From: Podarcis bocagei
Taxonomy: Eukaryota
Reading direction: 5' to 3' (one strand)
Length of the DNA: 64,000 nucleotides
Assembly: GCA_964188305.1 (NCBI GenBank)
Contig: OZ076895.1
The notes below the pieces were generated by a model. The model searched no databases and was not told the DNA's origin. It saw only the letters and a list, made by a program, of their open reading frames with translations. The translations under genes were made by a program, and so were the position numbers. Of this stretch, positions 27,126-40,403 are shown piece by piece (position 1 is the stretch's first letter; each line of letters opens with the position of its first letter).

Positions 27126-28551
27126 TATAATACAGAATTTCATTTTGTTTTATAAAATTCTATAGAATTGATAGAAATAAGACACTTATCTGAGCTCTTT
27201 ACATTTTCCATGGTCAGAATTTTACTTATCAACCTGTTGGGGTCACATTGGACACACATCCATAGGTGGATCCTGATTACATCAGTAGCTGTGTATCACC
27301 GTGAAGGGTAAAACAAGGCCAACCTTCAGCTCTAGTTCAGAGGTCACCTGTTCATAATGAGCACTTAAAATATTTCTTGGAAATTAATTACTAGATGCTT
27401 AGATGCTATTATTCTTTCATGCTTCATCGGTTTACAGATGTTGCCTTTCTGTCTCTGACTCTTTTGTGAGTTTAGAACAGTGGTTCCCAACATTTTTTTC
27501 TGTGAACCACTTGGAAACTTGCTGAGGGTCTTGGCAGGCCACAATGGGTTTTTCTACCAGCTGCAACAGTTGTAATGCTTTGTGTCAGGTGCTGTATGAT
27601 TTTTAATTGTCTTTTAATTGCTTATTTATTTATCTATTTTGTTGTAATACAGTTTTCATGGAATTTAATTATACAATATACAAGTATTGAAAGAAGCAAT
27701 AGAACACAATTGTAATCAATACAAATATTTAATTCAAGAGATGCATATGGAACAGAAATGGGTGGAATTTATTGAGGAATTTGTGTGTAGGGGGGATTGG
27801 TTGCAAAAGGCAAGACATCTGTGAAGCGGGTGGGAAAGGACTGAAAAGACTTCTACTCAAAGCACTCCAGATGTAATCTCTGTTATCTGCAAAAATCCCT
27901 TTAAACTTGTTATTATTTTCCCCTGCCACTTTCCCCTTCTAAACATAATTGCAACTTGGCTCTCTTTCTCCCTACACCTCATCCTGTAGCAGTACCCATG
28001 CCCCACTGAGATCAGTGGTAGATATGCATAGGGTTACAGCCTTAGAAGCTTGATCTCATGCACTTTTATTCAAAAGTAAGCCTTACTCTTCTGTGGCAAT
28101 TATAATCTGAGGCCTTTCTTTGTGTGCCGCTTCCATGTGAGGTCTGGAGGGAGGCAACATGAAAACTGCCCCCCCCCATGGTTCTCCATTTGGGGAATGC
28201 TCTCCCCAGCGATGTTCATCTGGCACCATCATTATATATTTTTAGGCACCAGACGAACACATTCCTCCTCAACCAGGCCTTTGGCTGATTAATATTCTGT
28301 GACTGCCACATCCTTGGTGCACAGGCACATACTCCAGAAGAGGGAGCGGGGGTGTGGTAATCGGGCGCCCAGCCACTTGCCCCTCCCTCACCTGTCTTTG
28401 CTTCTCTGGCCAGAGCAGGCTTCTGGAGCAAGGCTGGCAAGCCCGATTACTTTTTCAAAAACAGGACAAAATAGAACTGGTAGGGCTGCCACCACTCCCT
28501 CAACCCAGGGTTACCAGAAGCCACAGCTCAAGGGAGTCAGCTGTGCTCCTT

Positions 28552-29522
28552 TGTTACCGGCTAATCCCAAACTACAAGTTGCTTCCACAAACTTGCAGGC
28601 TGAAATCCTTTGATATAGCGCAACCAAGAAGTCTAGGCGTTGGAATTAGCCATTCCCCCGGATAGGCACACAATACACGAGAAAATTTCTTTCTTAAAAT
28701 TTATTTTAAAAACATAAAGAACATGCTAATAAGCAGGCACATCTTTTGGTAAATTACAAGTACAGAAAAATAAGAACGTTGTAAATTATAGCTGACTATA
28801 TACTCACTTCTATACTCTAAGGCAAAGATAGGATAGCTAGAGTCTTTCAGAAATCCGCATCCAAAGGTCTCAGAAAATCTTCAATGCAAAAGCACAAAAG
28901 GACGAAAAGACGGCTGCTTTGGTGGACATCAGCAGCCGGGCGATTCTTTGCGAATTGCAGAGCGCGCCTTTCAAAACCATTCTCTAGATATTTTATCCAT
29001 AATTTGCATGTGAAATCAGAAACCCCCAAGCCCAATCAGGACCCTTGATTACATTTGAATTCTCCAATGACCAGCTTGTGGGCTAATAAGTCTAACTTGT
29101 GGCAGCTGAGCCAATTAAGCCTTCAGAACCTAGATCAAAGTGTTTCCTCCCTTCCCATGGAGACTGGTGGAGCTTAGGCAGATGTACATTCCCAAGCAAT
29201 CAAGGATAGATAACATCAGAGAGGGTATGTTCATAGCTTTGAACACAGTTGTTAAACCTTCAATTTAGCCCGACAATTCCTTTCCCATAGTAGTCCTTTC
29301 ACTCCCTTGGAGCCAACGGGCCCACAGACGGCTCTCATGATTCTTACTGGTTTCCCACAAGGCCTCACTCTCCATTTGACCAAAGAACAGCTACTAGGGA
29401 AGTACTAACTTTACTACAGGGTGGAAAGGGCTACCGGAACTGATGTCAGTTGCTACTGCAACAAGAGTTGGAGGACTGGGTAAAATATGTTGCTACTTCT
29501 CCTCTGCTCTCATCCAGTAACC
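28552..29522 (-). mobile_element. Possible solo LTR
   Basis: Ends TGTTACCGG...CCAGTAAC, minus-strand AATAAA near 28700, CpG-retaining interior. The TSD is not convincing. Confidence 0.35.
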
Positions 29523-32500
29523 TTCCACACTTCGAAAATGAAATCAGTTTAGAAGGAAGGGTGAATGTGAGAGAAGGGGAATGTGAATTGTTCCACTAGC
29601 CACAGAAGAGTTGGGTTGCAAAACAGGTTCTGCCTCCAACAGCATTCAGTGCAAAGCCTTAGAATGACCGAGGAGCTGTTGCTCCCACAGTTCTTCTCAG
29701 TCACAAAGAGGACCAACAGCATGAAGCTCATGGACTATAGTTTGGCAACCACCTTTTAGAACTTTTGAGTCATTTGGTTACTATAGCAACAGAAATGGTG
29801 CAATTAAGGTACAGTTTACATAAAAGCACAACCATAACAGTCCATAAAATTTCCTGGACTAGCTAAACTCAAGATGAAGCAAAACTATGTATCATATAAA
29901 ACAGAGCAATGCACAGAACAGAGAAATAACAAATTAAGAGTCAAGATTCACTCCATGAATTACCTGAGGGAAGGCATTTTGGAGGGTATTTCAAAGGCCT
30001 ACTTCTGACTTTTCTTCATATAGCCATCTTCCGATAGTGAAAAGACTTCTCTGAAAATCTTAAAGATTGACTTGATCTGTATTGGGGGAGGTGGTCTAGC
30101 CTAATTAAAACCAAATTTGAAATTAGTATCTTTAATTAAATTGGCAAGCTGTATAACGTAACTGGGTTTAAAGCAGGGTCAAAGCTGTAGAGAGTGGCTT
30201 TTGCAATTGTTTTGAGTTGAATTCAAAGGGGAACTTGTAACCTCAGCTTTATAGCCAGATGGGTTTTTTGTAAAACTATTAACTTATAACTATTAGAAAA
30301 TAAAACATGATGAAGAAATTTCTTTTCATTTTTTGTTGACTAGATCACAAACCCACTTTATTTTGACATTTCATTCTTACCAATAAGTTTAGAATTGTGT
30401 GTGTGTGTGTGTGTGTGTGTATTTGCATGTCCCGTATATTGCTGAAATCTACCCACCCTCAAGGGAACCTCTTGGTAGGACAAAAATACCATAGAACGTG
30501 TGTGCTCCCTCTTACTGGCTTTTCAAAAGTTGGTAACTAAATGTTCAGTTTATGCTGTGGCATATATTTACAAGGATACATAGGTAACATCAGAGCTTCA
30601 ATTTTGGTTATGCTTTGGAAGTTAGGAGACAATATATCTAAATATATATCAGCTAAGAATATATGCTAACTAAAGCATAATAGAGAAGTTTTGTTAGTAA
30701 TAAGATGAAGTGTCAGGTTGTTCAGTTTTGCCAATTATAGTATTAGGTTTCAATGGAGCTTGGGAAGTTAAAGCTGTGTGCCAGCACTTGTTCGCTTCCA
30801 CATTTTTAAAGGATGAAAATGCTTTAGAAAGCTGTGTACTTTTAAGATTTATATCCACTTACTAATAGAAATCTAATCCTTCAAACCTGATGGTGTGCTC
30901 ACTGTGCAACACAGTGCCCTTAAAACAGTTGCTTTCTGCTCCCTCCCAGATGGACCTTTTTTCTTTCTGAGGATGTTCAAAACACTCAGATGACTTTGAT
31001 TCTAGTTTCTAGGAGTACATGAAGTCCCATTGGCAGGTGCTGTTCATTTTGCTTAGCATATGTGAAAAAGTTCTATTTTCCCATCTTGTGCAAACTAATT
31101 CTGGGAAGGCAGTGTTCCTTTCTCCCCAGTTGAAATACAGACGCACACAATGGCTGAATATTCTTATATATTATCATCACAGTATTTTTCTGTTGCCAGC
31201 TCTGTCTACAAACACAGCTATCTTGAGCATCATTTGATGGAAAGGCAGAATACAGATCCAAAAATAAATATATAATATATGTATGAGCTAAATTGTACAC
31301 CTCTAGTGAACGTGTGTTGAACTATTTGGGAATGTCATGGCTTGTACTTTTGTATTACTGCTCCCTGTTTTAACTATATTAAGCTGTAAAGGAGCGTGCA
31401 TTACTCAGTTGATTTACAGATGAATGACTTGAAAAGATGCCTGCACTTTGGTATGGTATAGAAATTAACTTTTGTATTTTTGTCAGTTCTTGAACAGCCA
31501 TGGTAAAATGTTTGATCACTTTAATGTGCTTTTGCTGATTTCAAGGCAATCAGTCAATGTACGTGAGAGTAATTGGTTGTGTTTAGATGACCATATATAT
31601 CTTGACTTAAATCACTGTGCCCTAGTTTTGGTTGTTCAATATTGGAGCTATTATTTGCATTGTATATGCATGGGCTGTTTCTTGTGGGAAGGGATATATA
31701 ATTGTTATATGTAGTTGTAGAAACTGGAAGATAAAGAAGTTAAACAAAAATATTTTTAGTTCCAAAGCTGGTAACCATTGCTTTCTGTTTCATTAAGTAT
31801 TGGACATTGTTTGACTGTAGTTGGTTGAACCAGCCCAAATGGTTAATCTGTCAAGTCATTTGTTTGGAATGAGTGGGAACTTGTATGATTAGCTTAATGG
31901 AGAATTATTGGATAAGTCGACATTAGAGTTGTATATGTTGCAACAAAAAAGCTGTCTGTAGAAACTACTCGCATTTAAGCGGATTTCTCCACCAAGCGTG
32001 TTATTGCTCAGCATAAGTTCACAAAAATTGAAAATACTCTGCATACTGTTTGGTACTAAATTGTAATACATCAATTGCCTGAGAATACCTTTCTAACTAA
32101 CGCTTTCCTGTCTACCAACTGCAATAGTTAACTATCCTAGAGTGTTTGGTAACACAGGTTATAGGATAGTTCACAACATTATAGCTCCTCCACAGAGTCC
32201 CCTAACATCCAGTACTTGAGGACAGGGAAAATAGAAATGTATAACATCTGCAATGTCTTATATACTGTCAGAATATAATAGAGTATGTACAGTATGTAAA
32301 AACTTTTCACAAATATTGATGTCTGTAGAAAAGGTGCATTGTTAATAATTTCATACAACATATTGAATACAGGCAGGATCTGACAGCTAGAATAGAAAAA
32401 TATCCGATCAACTATAAAATCAAAGTTGTAGTTAACTTAAATCAAGTAATTATTCCTCATTTATGCACATAAAATATCATGCAAGGGAAGTGTGTCCTAT

Positions 32501-35500
32501 TTAAATGTGTTTAAAATACTTCCAAGAATCCTAATAAAAATTTCAAAGTAAAGTGAGTTTGTTTTAATGTAGCATTACATTAAAGAGCACTTTGATTCCC
32601 CAGTCATATTTAAGTCTGCCACTTTTGACCTTTTTTGGGGGGGAAACCCCTCAAAAAGTTTTAATGTAACATGATATCAGGGCTATATTCAACTAAATTG
32701 TTGTATTAATAGGTGAAGCCTATTCCACAAGGATTCCTAATAGCAAATCAGGAATTTCCCCCTTCTGTGCCATCACCAAATCTTATTTGGAGGGTTGGAG
32801 GAATTGCCAGAATAGATTTAGGAAATGGAGAGGAGGAGATAACTGCCGCGAAAGGAAAGTCCTTGTGCTGAAGGAACCGTGACTGTAGAGCTATGTAGAA
32901 TAGTAATTCAGATAAACATGCTAAATCATATCTGCATCAATTCAGAAAAAATGGTAAACCCACACTGATGCCTTGTTGGATTTTAAAATCTAGTAGTTCA
33001 GTTATATTGTTCCAGAACAGGGACATTTTTGGGTTGTTCATGGGTAAAGGAGTTGCAGAGGTTCTGAGAGGCAATGACAAAACTGGTGCTAGATGAGAGG
33101 GCTTATTTGGCCCTTATATATGTCAGTATTTATAAATTTCCATCTTTTTAGATGCAGAAATGGAAATATTTTTGTAGCTTGCTTACCTAGCATTTGAGTA
33201 TTTTTCAGGCGGTATTGACAACAGTGTTATCACTAAGTTTAGCTTTCAGTAATGTGACTAGTTGAAAGAAGATTACTGCACATTTTCCAAATACTTCTGT
33301 TTTATTAACCTTGCTGCTTTGAGCAGAGGCTACACTGGTATTCTTCCTCCAGGGTAATCTTGATTCTGACTAATGTGGGGAAATGTTTTAGCACAGTAAT
33401 AGAAGTGGTATATACCATATATAGAATAAAATTCACTTAGTTGGATTGGAATGATTGCTCTTGGTAGAGAGATATAGTAACAGATGTACAGATGAACAGG
33501 GAACAAGATTGTGGGTGACAAAAATACTTCATTTTGGATTCTTCAGGCTTAGTATACTTTTTGAAGCTCTAGTCTGTGATTTTTAGGGCTAGGAACAAGT
33601 ATGGTTAAAATACTAAAGCTCAGTATTTGCAGTTAAAATAATGGCAGTATAGTGTACCATTATAGACATACAGAATGTAGGCAGCCAGCTAACTAACTAC
33701 TCTTGTAGCCTGATATGGATTTCAGAATTACTATATGCTACCATTTTTCTTCTTTGTTTTTGCTTATCACAATCTTAAGTCTTCTAAAGCATTGCCCATT
33801 GGGACAAAAGCAGTAGCCAAAAGTAGTGCTTAAAAAGGCAGCAAAAAACCTGAAGTGCTGGTGCACCGTATTGGTGAGTACTGTCACAGAAAGTACTGCT
33901 TACAGGCAAACATCTTGCGCCTCCTTAGATTTTCCAGAAGCCTTGATCTGAGTACCAGCATCTTTGGGAGATAGTCATGAGATTGAACGCTTGGGTCTAG
34001 GAGTTCAATTTTGCCTTCACATAATTAAATTACCTTTAGGCTAGGATTCAGCAATTTTCAGTAGGGACCAAGAATGTAACTGTCCTTACCCAGAAAATAA
34101 AATAAAAGTTACTTGGACCTTCCTGGTGATTTCAATCTGAAAACCTTCCGAAGTACTATAGGAGTCTAAATATTACTTGGTGGGATAATGATTTCTTTAT
34201 CGAGCACTTCAGGTTTATTTTGCCTTTGTAAATACTTATGGGACAATGAAAGATGTACACAAGTTTATTAATTTTAGTAGTGTTGATAATATCACATACC
34301 TCATGTCACCTTACTGTCTGCACAAAATAGATTTGTTCCATGAAACTGCCATGCTTCAGTAAGAATGATATAAGTGGTACCAAGCGAAGGAGAGGTTATA
34401 TAATTCATTCTATTAAATTGGCCAATGTTTACCAAATTTATTATTAAATTTCTATACTGCTCACTAGTGGAATCATCAATAGAAATTGATTCATGTTTGG
34501 AAGTAATGAATAGGCTCTCATTTTTCTTTTTCTTTTTTGTTGAAGTTGGCTGAAAACACTAATTGTGTTGAGACTGCCCTGTGGCCGTCTTAAATGTTAA
34601 TAAAACATTGTTTAAACACTTGTTGAGTAAGCAGTTGTATTTAGTAATGCTAGAAAACTAAGAAGAAAGCAAAACTAAGATACTATCTGACGGCTGCAAT
34701 GTGGTGCTTCACAGATTTGTAAGGACTTTTGAGCTAATTAGATTTAAGCAAAGGCTTTCCTAAGATAATCACTTTGGGAGCCTTCTCTGGAGCCAGGCTG
34801 CTGATAATGTGTAGCTGAAGGTCAAACCTTCTACATAGTATTCTCCAAAGATTAAACTGTGGGTTATGAAATGAACTATTAGAATATTTGAATTCCTGAA
34901 TGTTTCAAAAAATATTTTGCAGCTCAGACACCGGTGGTGGTGGGTGTTAAAAGCTTTTACTTTTCACCTACTTGTGATGGCACATTACTTCTAAAGTCAG
35001 CAAAATAGCATGTTGTAGTGGTACAATTCATTTTGGGAACACAAAGTTGGATACCTTTATGTAAGCTTGCAGCATGTTGTCATCAGAATTACCAATATTG
35101 ACAAGATACGAAGCCCAGAGTCTATGGATAGCGTCTGGATTCTGGTTAGCTATGAAATATATCTTGATTAAAATGACACAGCTACAAATGAAATTAGTCA
35201 TTGCTTTTAAGGGGATCTCTTTTATCCCTATGTGGGAAGAGAGACATGATTTTAGAAGGGTAGTGTTAAACTTTAAATATAATATTGTTAACATGCAGAA
35301 TGCATGAGCTAGTAAGGCATAGAGGCAACTTAAGTATTCTAAGTCCTCATTCCTCACACACAGATGCACACTTCATCTCCCACCTTTGGGGGTTCCAAAC
35401 TGCTACATCACTAAACATGTGCTACAAAGTCAACCTTGAACACCCTGTATCTTCCCCTATTCATACTTTATTACAATCACCTGGGTTGAACATGGATTCC

Positions 35501-36079
35501 TTAGAGTCCATCAGCAGAAGAGATAATTTGTTGGCTCCACAGCTAAAGTAAATTGTCTCTAAAATAATAATTTCACAGCTGCTCCTGGTGTTTCTTCCAT
35601 ACTACCAACTGTGCAGTAAAGGCCAGCACTGTGATATTTGAGCAGAAATTCCTGTCACATATGCAAATATCTCTCTGTTCTGCATTAGTGTATCACTAAG
35701 CAAACCGACTAAAAAGTAAACCTTTTTTGTTTTTTTCTTTGACTTATGCTATGCTACAGTGTCAAAAAGAAAACAAATTACTGTTGTGAGTGAAGTAGTC
35801 TGGGGTACTTTCCAAGAGGTGGATTACTCTCAGTTGGGAACTATGTAAGGCAGCTTAAGTGACATGGTGTGGGCACTACCAACTCTGTGCCACCACTTTT
35901 GTCTCTCAAATCCTTCCAGATGAGATGCAGTAATACATTGCTTTAAAACATAATCCTGTTAAAAGAGTAGTAAACTCCCCTTATACCTTGTCGATGACAA
36001 TGGGGCATAATACCTAAATGTGCTGCGGAGGAGATCTAGCTATCTTTCATAGCTGTGTTGCTCACACCTCTTTTTACGC

Positions 36080-36830
36080 TGCCTTATTACATGGAGATTG
36101 TATTTTTAGCTACCATAGCCAATGGTCATTGCTAAACCTCCATGAATATGTCTTACCATTTTTGAAATAACAATAATAACAATATTTGTTTAAACTCTGT
36201 AAGTTCTGCAAGTATTGTTTTCCTGTCCTGAGCCTACTGCCAGTTAATTTCATTTAGTGGCCCTACTACTTATGTAACCTTATAAGCCTTTTCCATGTGT
36301 CTCTTCTTCAAACTAAACCATCCTCTTCAACAATTGTTCAGTGTAAAGGTACTGTAATTCATTGATAATTTTATATGTTCCTTTTTATGGTTCATAGAAC
36401 AAGAATTGTACACAGTATTCTTAATGTGGCTGGACAGCACTCATCTAATGGCATTATGATACTATCTGGCATTTTAATTGCTTTCCTAATCATTCCTCAA
36501 ACTGGATTTACTTCTTTCTCCACTGCAGCACATTAAGTTGATGTTTTCAGTGAACCTTTCAAAATCTTTTCCTGGGTAGTAAAAAAATCAGCTTTCTTGA
36601 TGCGTATGTAGAGCTATTTTTTATACACTCTGCATATTTTTGTAATTTCTTGAAAAATTGTTAGATGCCTCCAGTTATATCGATGCTATCAGGCTGTCCC
36701 AATGTTGTTTCCGATCCCCAGAATATTTTGTGAGCGCTGCCAATAAAGGAGTATTGATGACTGGTTATATAACTTGATAGCCATTGCTGGGTGATCAAAG
36801 TTGCTTTCAGTGTATTCATGAGCCAATCTG
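36080..36830 (-). mobile_element. Old CR1-like LINE fragment
   Basis: Degenerate CR1-like 3' motifs (tgtacacagtattc..tgtggc, tcttcttcaaactaaa). Confidence 0.45.
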
Positions 36831-37653
36831 ACACATTTGGCTGCCCTTGTATGACTTGTTGTGATCTCTAGTGGCCAATAGGAATGGAGTTATACTTAGA
36901 GAGAAATGTTATTCATCCCCACATTTAAGGGCTTGAGATATCAAATAGTTAAATCTGAATACAAAGGGCATTCTGTTAAAAAGTGTGCCAAGTCCTCTAC
37001 TTTGGGGCATCCAGCTGGGCAATTTCTAGCCACACCATACTGAGTCCCATAGTTCCTTTCACCATCATCAGCTGTAAGGATTAATCAGGAGCCATCTTAG
37101 CTCATGTGAGCAAGGGGGCACTTTCCCAGGAAGAGTGACAAAATCTTTATATATTGTATTGGAGCAGCACCCAGCAGTCAGTTCCATAGTGGTCTGAAAA
37201 TTGACATCAGTCAAGTCATCTGGAGAACTGAGCACAGTTGCAGCCCATCATAATCAAGTGGGCTAATGAAAAGCCCAAATAGTAAAAAGTGCATACATCA
37301 TAGCTTCCCAGGAATCCCTCCTCAAATCCTCAGATACCAATAAAACCAAAAGTGAAGCCAAAAGACTGTCTTAAGCCAACAGGTGATGGCCACTTTCTGG
37401 GTAAGCATTCCCACTGAATGAAAGGCCATCTTTAATCAGGCAATTTCCTTAGAATTGTCTAGGTCCTTAGAATAGATCTAGGTACCCCCAATATTTTGGA
37501 TAAGAACTTAGGTTGCACTGCTTGCAATACTGCAATGTGTGAGTGGGCCCACATGAGGGTTCCATACAGCATCCTTACAAAGCTCAAAAAAGTAGCTACT
37601 GTCTTACCACCTGGTCCACAATTGCATATATAAAACCAGCTAAGCACTTATAA

Positions 37654-37994
37654 GGGACGCGGGTGGCTCTGTGGGTTAAACCACAGAGCCTAGGACTTGC
37701 CGATTAGAAGGTCGGCGGTTCGAATCCCCGCGATGGGGTGAGCTCCCGTTGCTCCTGCCAACCTAGCAGTTCGAAAGCATGTCAAAGTGCAAGTAGATAA
37801 ATAGGTACCGCTCCAGCGGGAAGGTAAACGGTGTTTCTGTGCGCTGCTCTGGTTTGCCAGAAGGGGCTTAGTCATGCTGGCCACATGACCTGGAAGCTGT
37901 ACGCCGGCTCCCTCAGCCAATAAAGTGAGATGAGCGCCGCAACCCCAGAGTCGGCCACGACTGGACCTAATGGTCAGGGGTCCCTTTACCTTTA
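37654..37994 (+). mobile_element. Sauria SINE, full length
   Basis: Intact B box GGTTCGAATCC, ccctttaccttta tail, and an imperfect TSD taagcactta/taagcacata. Confidence 0.9.
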
Positions 37995-38520
37995 AGCACA
38001 TACAAATCAACTTAAAAACAACAGCAGCAGCATTTACTTTTATAAAATCAATTTCAAATCCAATAGAGATACCAGCTGGTATTACAATCTCCACTTAGAA
38101 GGTTTGTTGAAAAAGGAAAGTCTTCAGCAGGTGCTGAAAAGACAATAGAGATGACACTTGGATGAATTATATTTGGAAGGAGTCACAAAGAGTCGATGTT
38201 GCGACTCTGAGGACCTGATTCCAGCATCATGCACAATGGAAATCTTGATAAGGTGGTATCTGTTGATTGCTGCAAGAGATTGATGTTGTGAGTGGTGTCT
38301 CTTCTTAGTATATGGCAAGTTGAAAATGTTAAAACATTTGAATCGTTTTGCATTTCTGCTGGGAGGAAGGTTTCTGGAGTTAATTTTAAGACTGATTATA
38401 TCAGATATGTTGTTCAGAGGTAAAATAGCTTGAAGACTGCCTTGCTTTGGTTAACGTGGCCTGTACGTTAGTTATTTACATAGCATGGTGGCTTATGGTA
38501 GCTAGAGCATGTCCATAAAG

Positions 38521-38751
38521 CAGGGGTCAGCAAGGTTCATCTTGCCTGGGCCAGATCAGTTCCGCGGAAATCCCTTCGTGGGTTGGATCGTGTGTGTGCA
38601 TGAGCGTGCACCCCTGTGATTTTTGGCGTCTGTGCAGACGCGATTTCCGGCACCCCGGAAGTGAGTCCCTGCTCCACTCTGCACCGATAGCTCGATTTGG
38701 GGTGGCTCGTGGGCCGGTCAAATGACCTCTGCGGACTACTTCATACCCCTG
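38521..38751. mobile_element. hAT-type MITE
   Basis: CAGGGGT...ACCCCTG termini; TSD ccataaag/tcataaag. Confidence 0.75.
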
Positions 38752-39099
38752 TCATAAAGGAAGCTCAGTCCTGACTTCAGCTTATAGCCAGAAGCTCAGG
38801 ATATGGGTACAACTGAGTAAGCTGAGTGAGTGTGCTTTGGATCTGCAAAATATCAGTGTAAAAGTATCTCCATGTTGTCCCCATTGAGTACCTTGAATTA
38901 ATATTTTCAATTTAATGTAAAGTTATTCAAGTTGATACCAAGAAAATTAAACTGCATGTTGGTGAATGGTGAGACTAAAAGTTTTAAAGGGTATATTAAT
39001 TTGAGTCTTAAAGCATCCTTTATTCAATTATCTTACTACTAAGAAACTTGAGCATTTCATTTCACCACCTTAGTGCTGCATTTGTTAACTCATTGAATT

Positions 39100-39920
39100 A
39101 TTATTTATATAACACCATTGGTATGCTTGGTACAGTCTGATGATTGAGAGGACAGATCGAGAGTCATTTACAATTTACAATTTTGGCACAGTGGAAACAG
39201 GAAGAGAGGCAGGGCAAGCAATAAAGCAGTATGTAAGAGGAGAACCAGCAAGGGCAACATAGCAGAGACCTATGGCTTAAAGAGAATAAAGAGAGAGTGT
39301 GACCAACTGATCAAATGCAAGAGAAGAAAAATGAGGACTGGAGATTTTTATTTAAAGAGCAAAAGAACAGTTTCAGTGGCATGCAAAGAGTGAAAACCAG
39401 ATGGGGGGGTCAAGAATAGACTTGGAAGGGAAGTCAAAAAGTTCAGAGTAAACAGGCAAGCGCACTCTAGAAGTTATGGAGGCAAAGGAAAAAGGGAACT
39501 GGGGTGATGTGGAGAGGGAAGATGGACTAAGGAGTGTTTTTATAAGGGAGAACGTATGGAGGAGGGAAAGAGCCAGAGGGCAAAGAGGTTGATTATGTGG
39601 ACAAGAGGAATGATAATGGTAAGGGAGATAGCAACCAGGAAATGGGAGGACAGAGGATTAGTTAGGTGACTGTAGTCAAAATAGAGGGTAGAGGGAAGTG
39701 TAGGAAAATGGGCAACTGGTAGGGGGCAGGAAGGTGGATTGGAAAGCTAGTTTGGTATTGAAGCCTCGAGGAGGCAAAGTTTTGGTAAGAGAACAAGGAG
39801 TGGATGGGTAAATGATGGGGTAGGCCTTGGCAGAACATCAGAGGTAGAGAAGAGGCACTGTGTATCAGAGGTGTCATAGTGCTGCTTAGCCAGATGCATA
39901 GCAGACAATAAAAGGCTGTG
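39100..39920 (-). mobile_element. Ancient L2 LINE fragment immediately upstream of exon 2
   Basis: The minus strand gives decayed RT motifs (SGFHSLHATET; AFD-x-GH); strongly purine-rich + strand. Confidence 0.55.
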
Positions 39921-39974
39921 ATGCTTCTGTGAGCAATGTTGAATCTTGTTGCTATGATCTTCTTTCTTTTGCAG

Positions 39975-40198
39975 ATTGTATTCCCCTTTCATTTGGATTG
40001 GAATGAAGGAACCAACAATGGGATTGCACTCAAGATAACACTCCTGGAAAGGGTATCTAATGGCTCTCATCTTTTTTGGTGGTTTATATCTGCACTTTTG
40101 ATGGTTTTCATATCTGAAGGATTTTCCTTTTGGAAATATTTCAAATAAAAAAAATTGTTCCTCCTTGGAAATAACTTCTTCCTTGAACAATATACATC
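39975..40198 (+). other. ATP2B1: 5' UTR portion of ATP2B1 exon 2
   Basis: Pyrimidine tract tcttctttcttttgcag ending at 39974, 224 nt upstream of the ATG. Confidence 0.75.
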
Positions 40199-40403
40199 AT
40201 GGGAGACATGGCTAACAACTCGGTAGCATACAGTGGTGTAAAATACACTATAAAAGATTCCAATCATGGAGACTTTGGCATTACACTTGAAGAGCTTCGT
40301 GATCTTATGGAATTGCGTGCTGCAGATGCTTTGCATAAAATACAAGATTGCTATGGAGATGCACATGGAATCTGTACAAGATTGAAAACTTCTCCAAATG
40401 AAG
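40199..40403 (+). CDS. ATP2B1: ATP2B1 (PMCA1) first coding exon (exon 2 coding part), MGDMANNSVAYSGVK...LKTSPNEG
   Basis: The translation matches the PMCA1-specific N-terminus MGDMANNSVAYSGVK. Donor AAG|gtaaga at 40404; 205 nt, phase 1. Confidence 0.97.

Noticed and set aside
28298-29705. Outer TGTGACTG...CAGTCACA inverted ends suggesting a larger LTR
   Set aside because: Only an 8-bp match and no target-site duplication.
31780-32130. Possible conserved non-coding element in intron 1
   Set aside because: An impression only; it cannot be supported without a multi-species alignment.
37654-37740. tRNA gene (A/B boxes)
   Set aside because: It is the tRNA-derived head of a Sauria SINE; no cloverleaf, and it continues into the SINE body.
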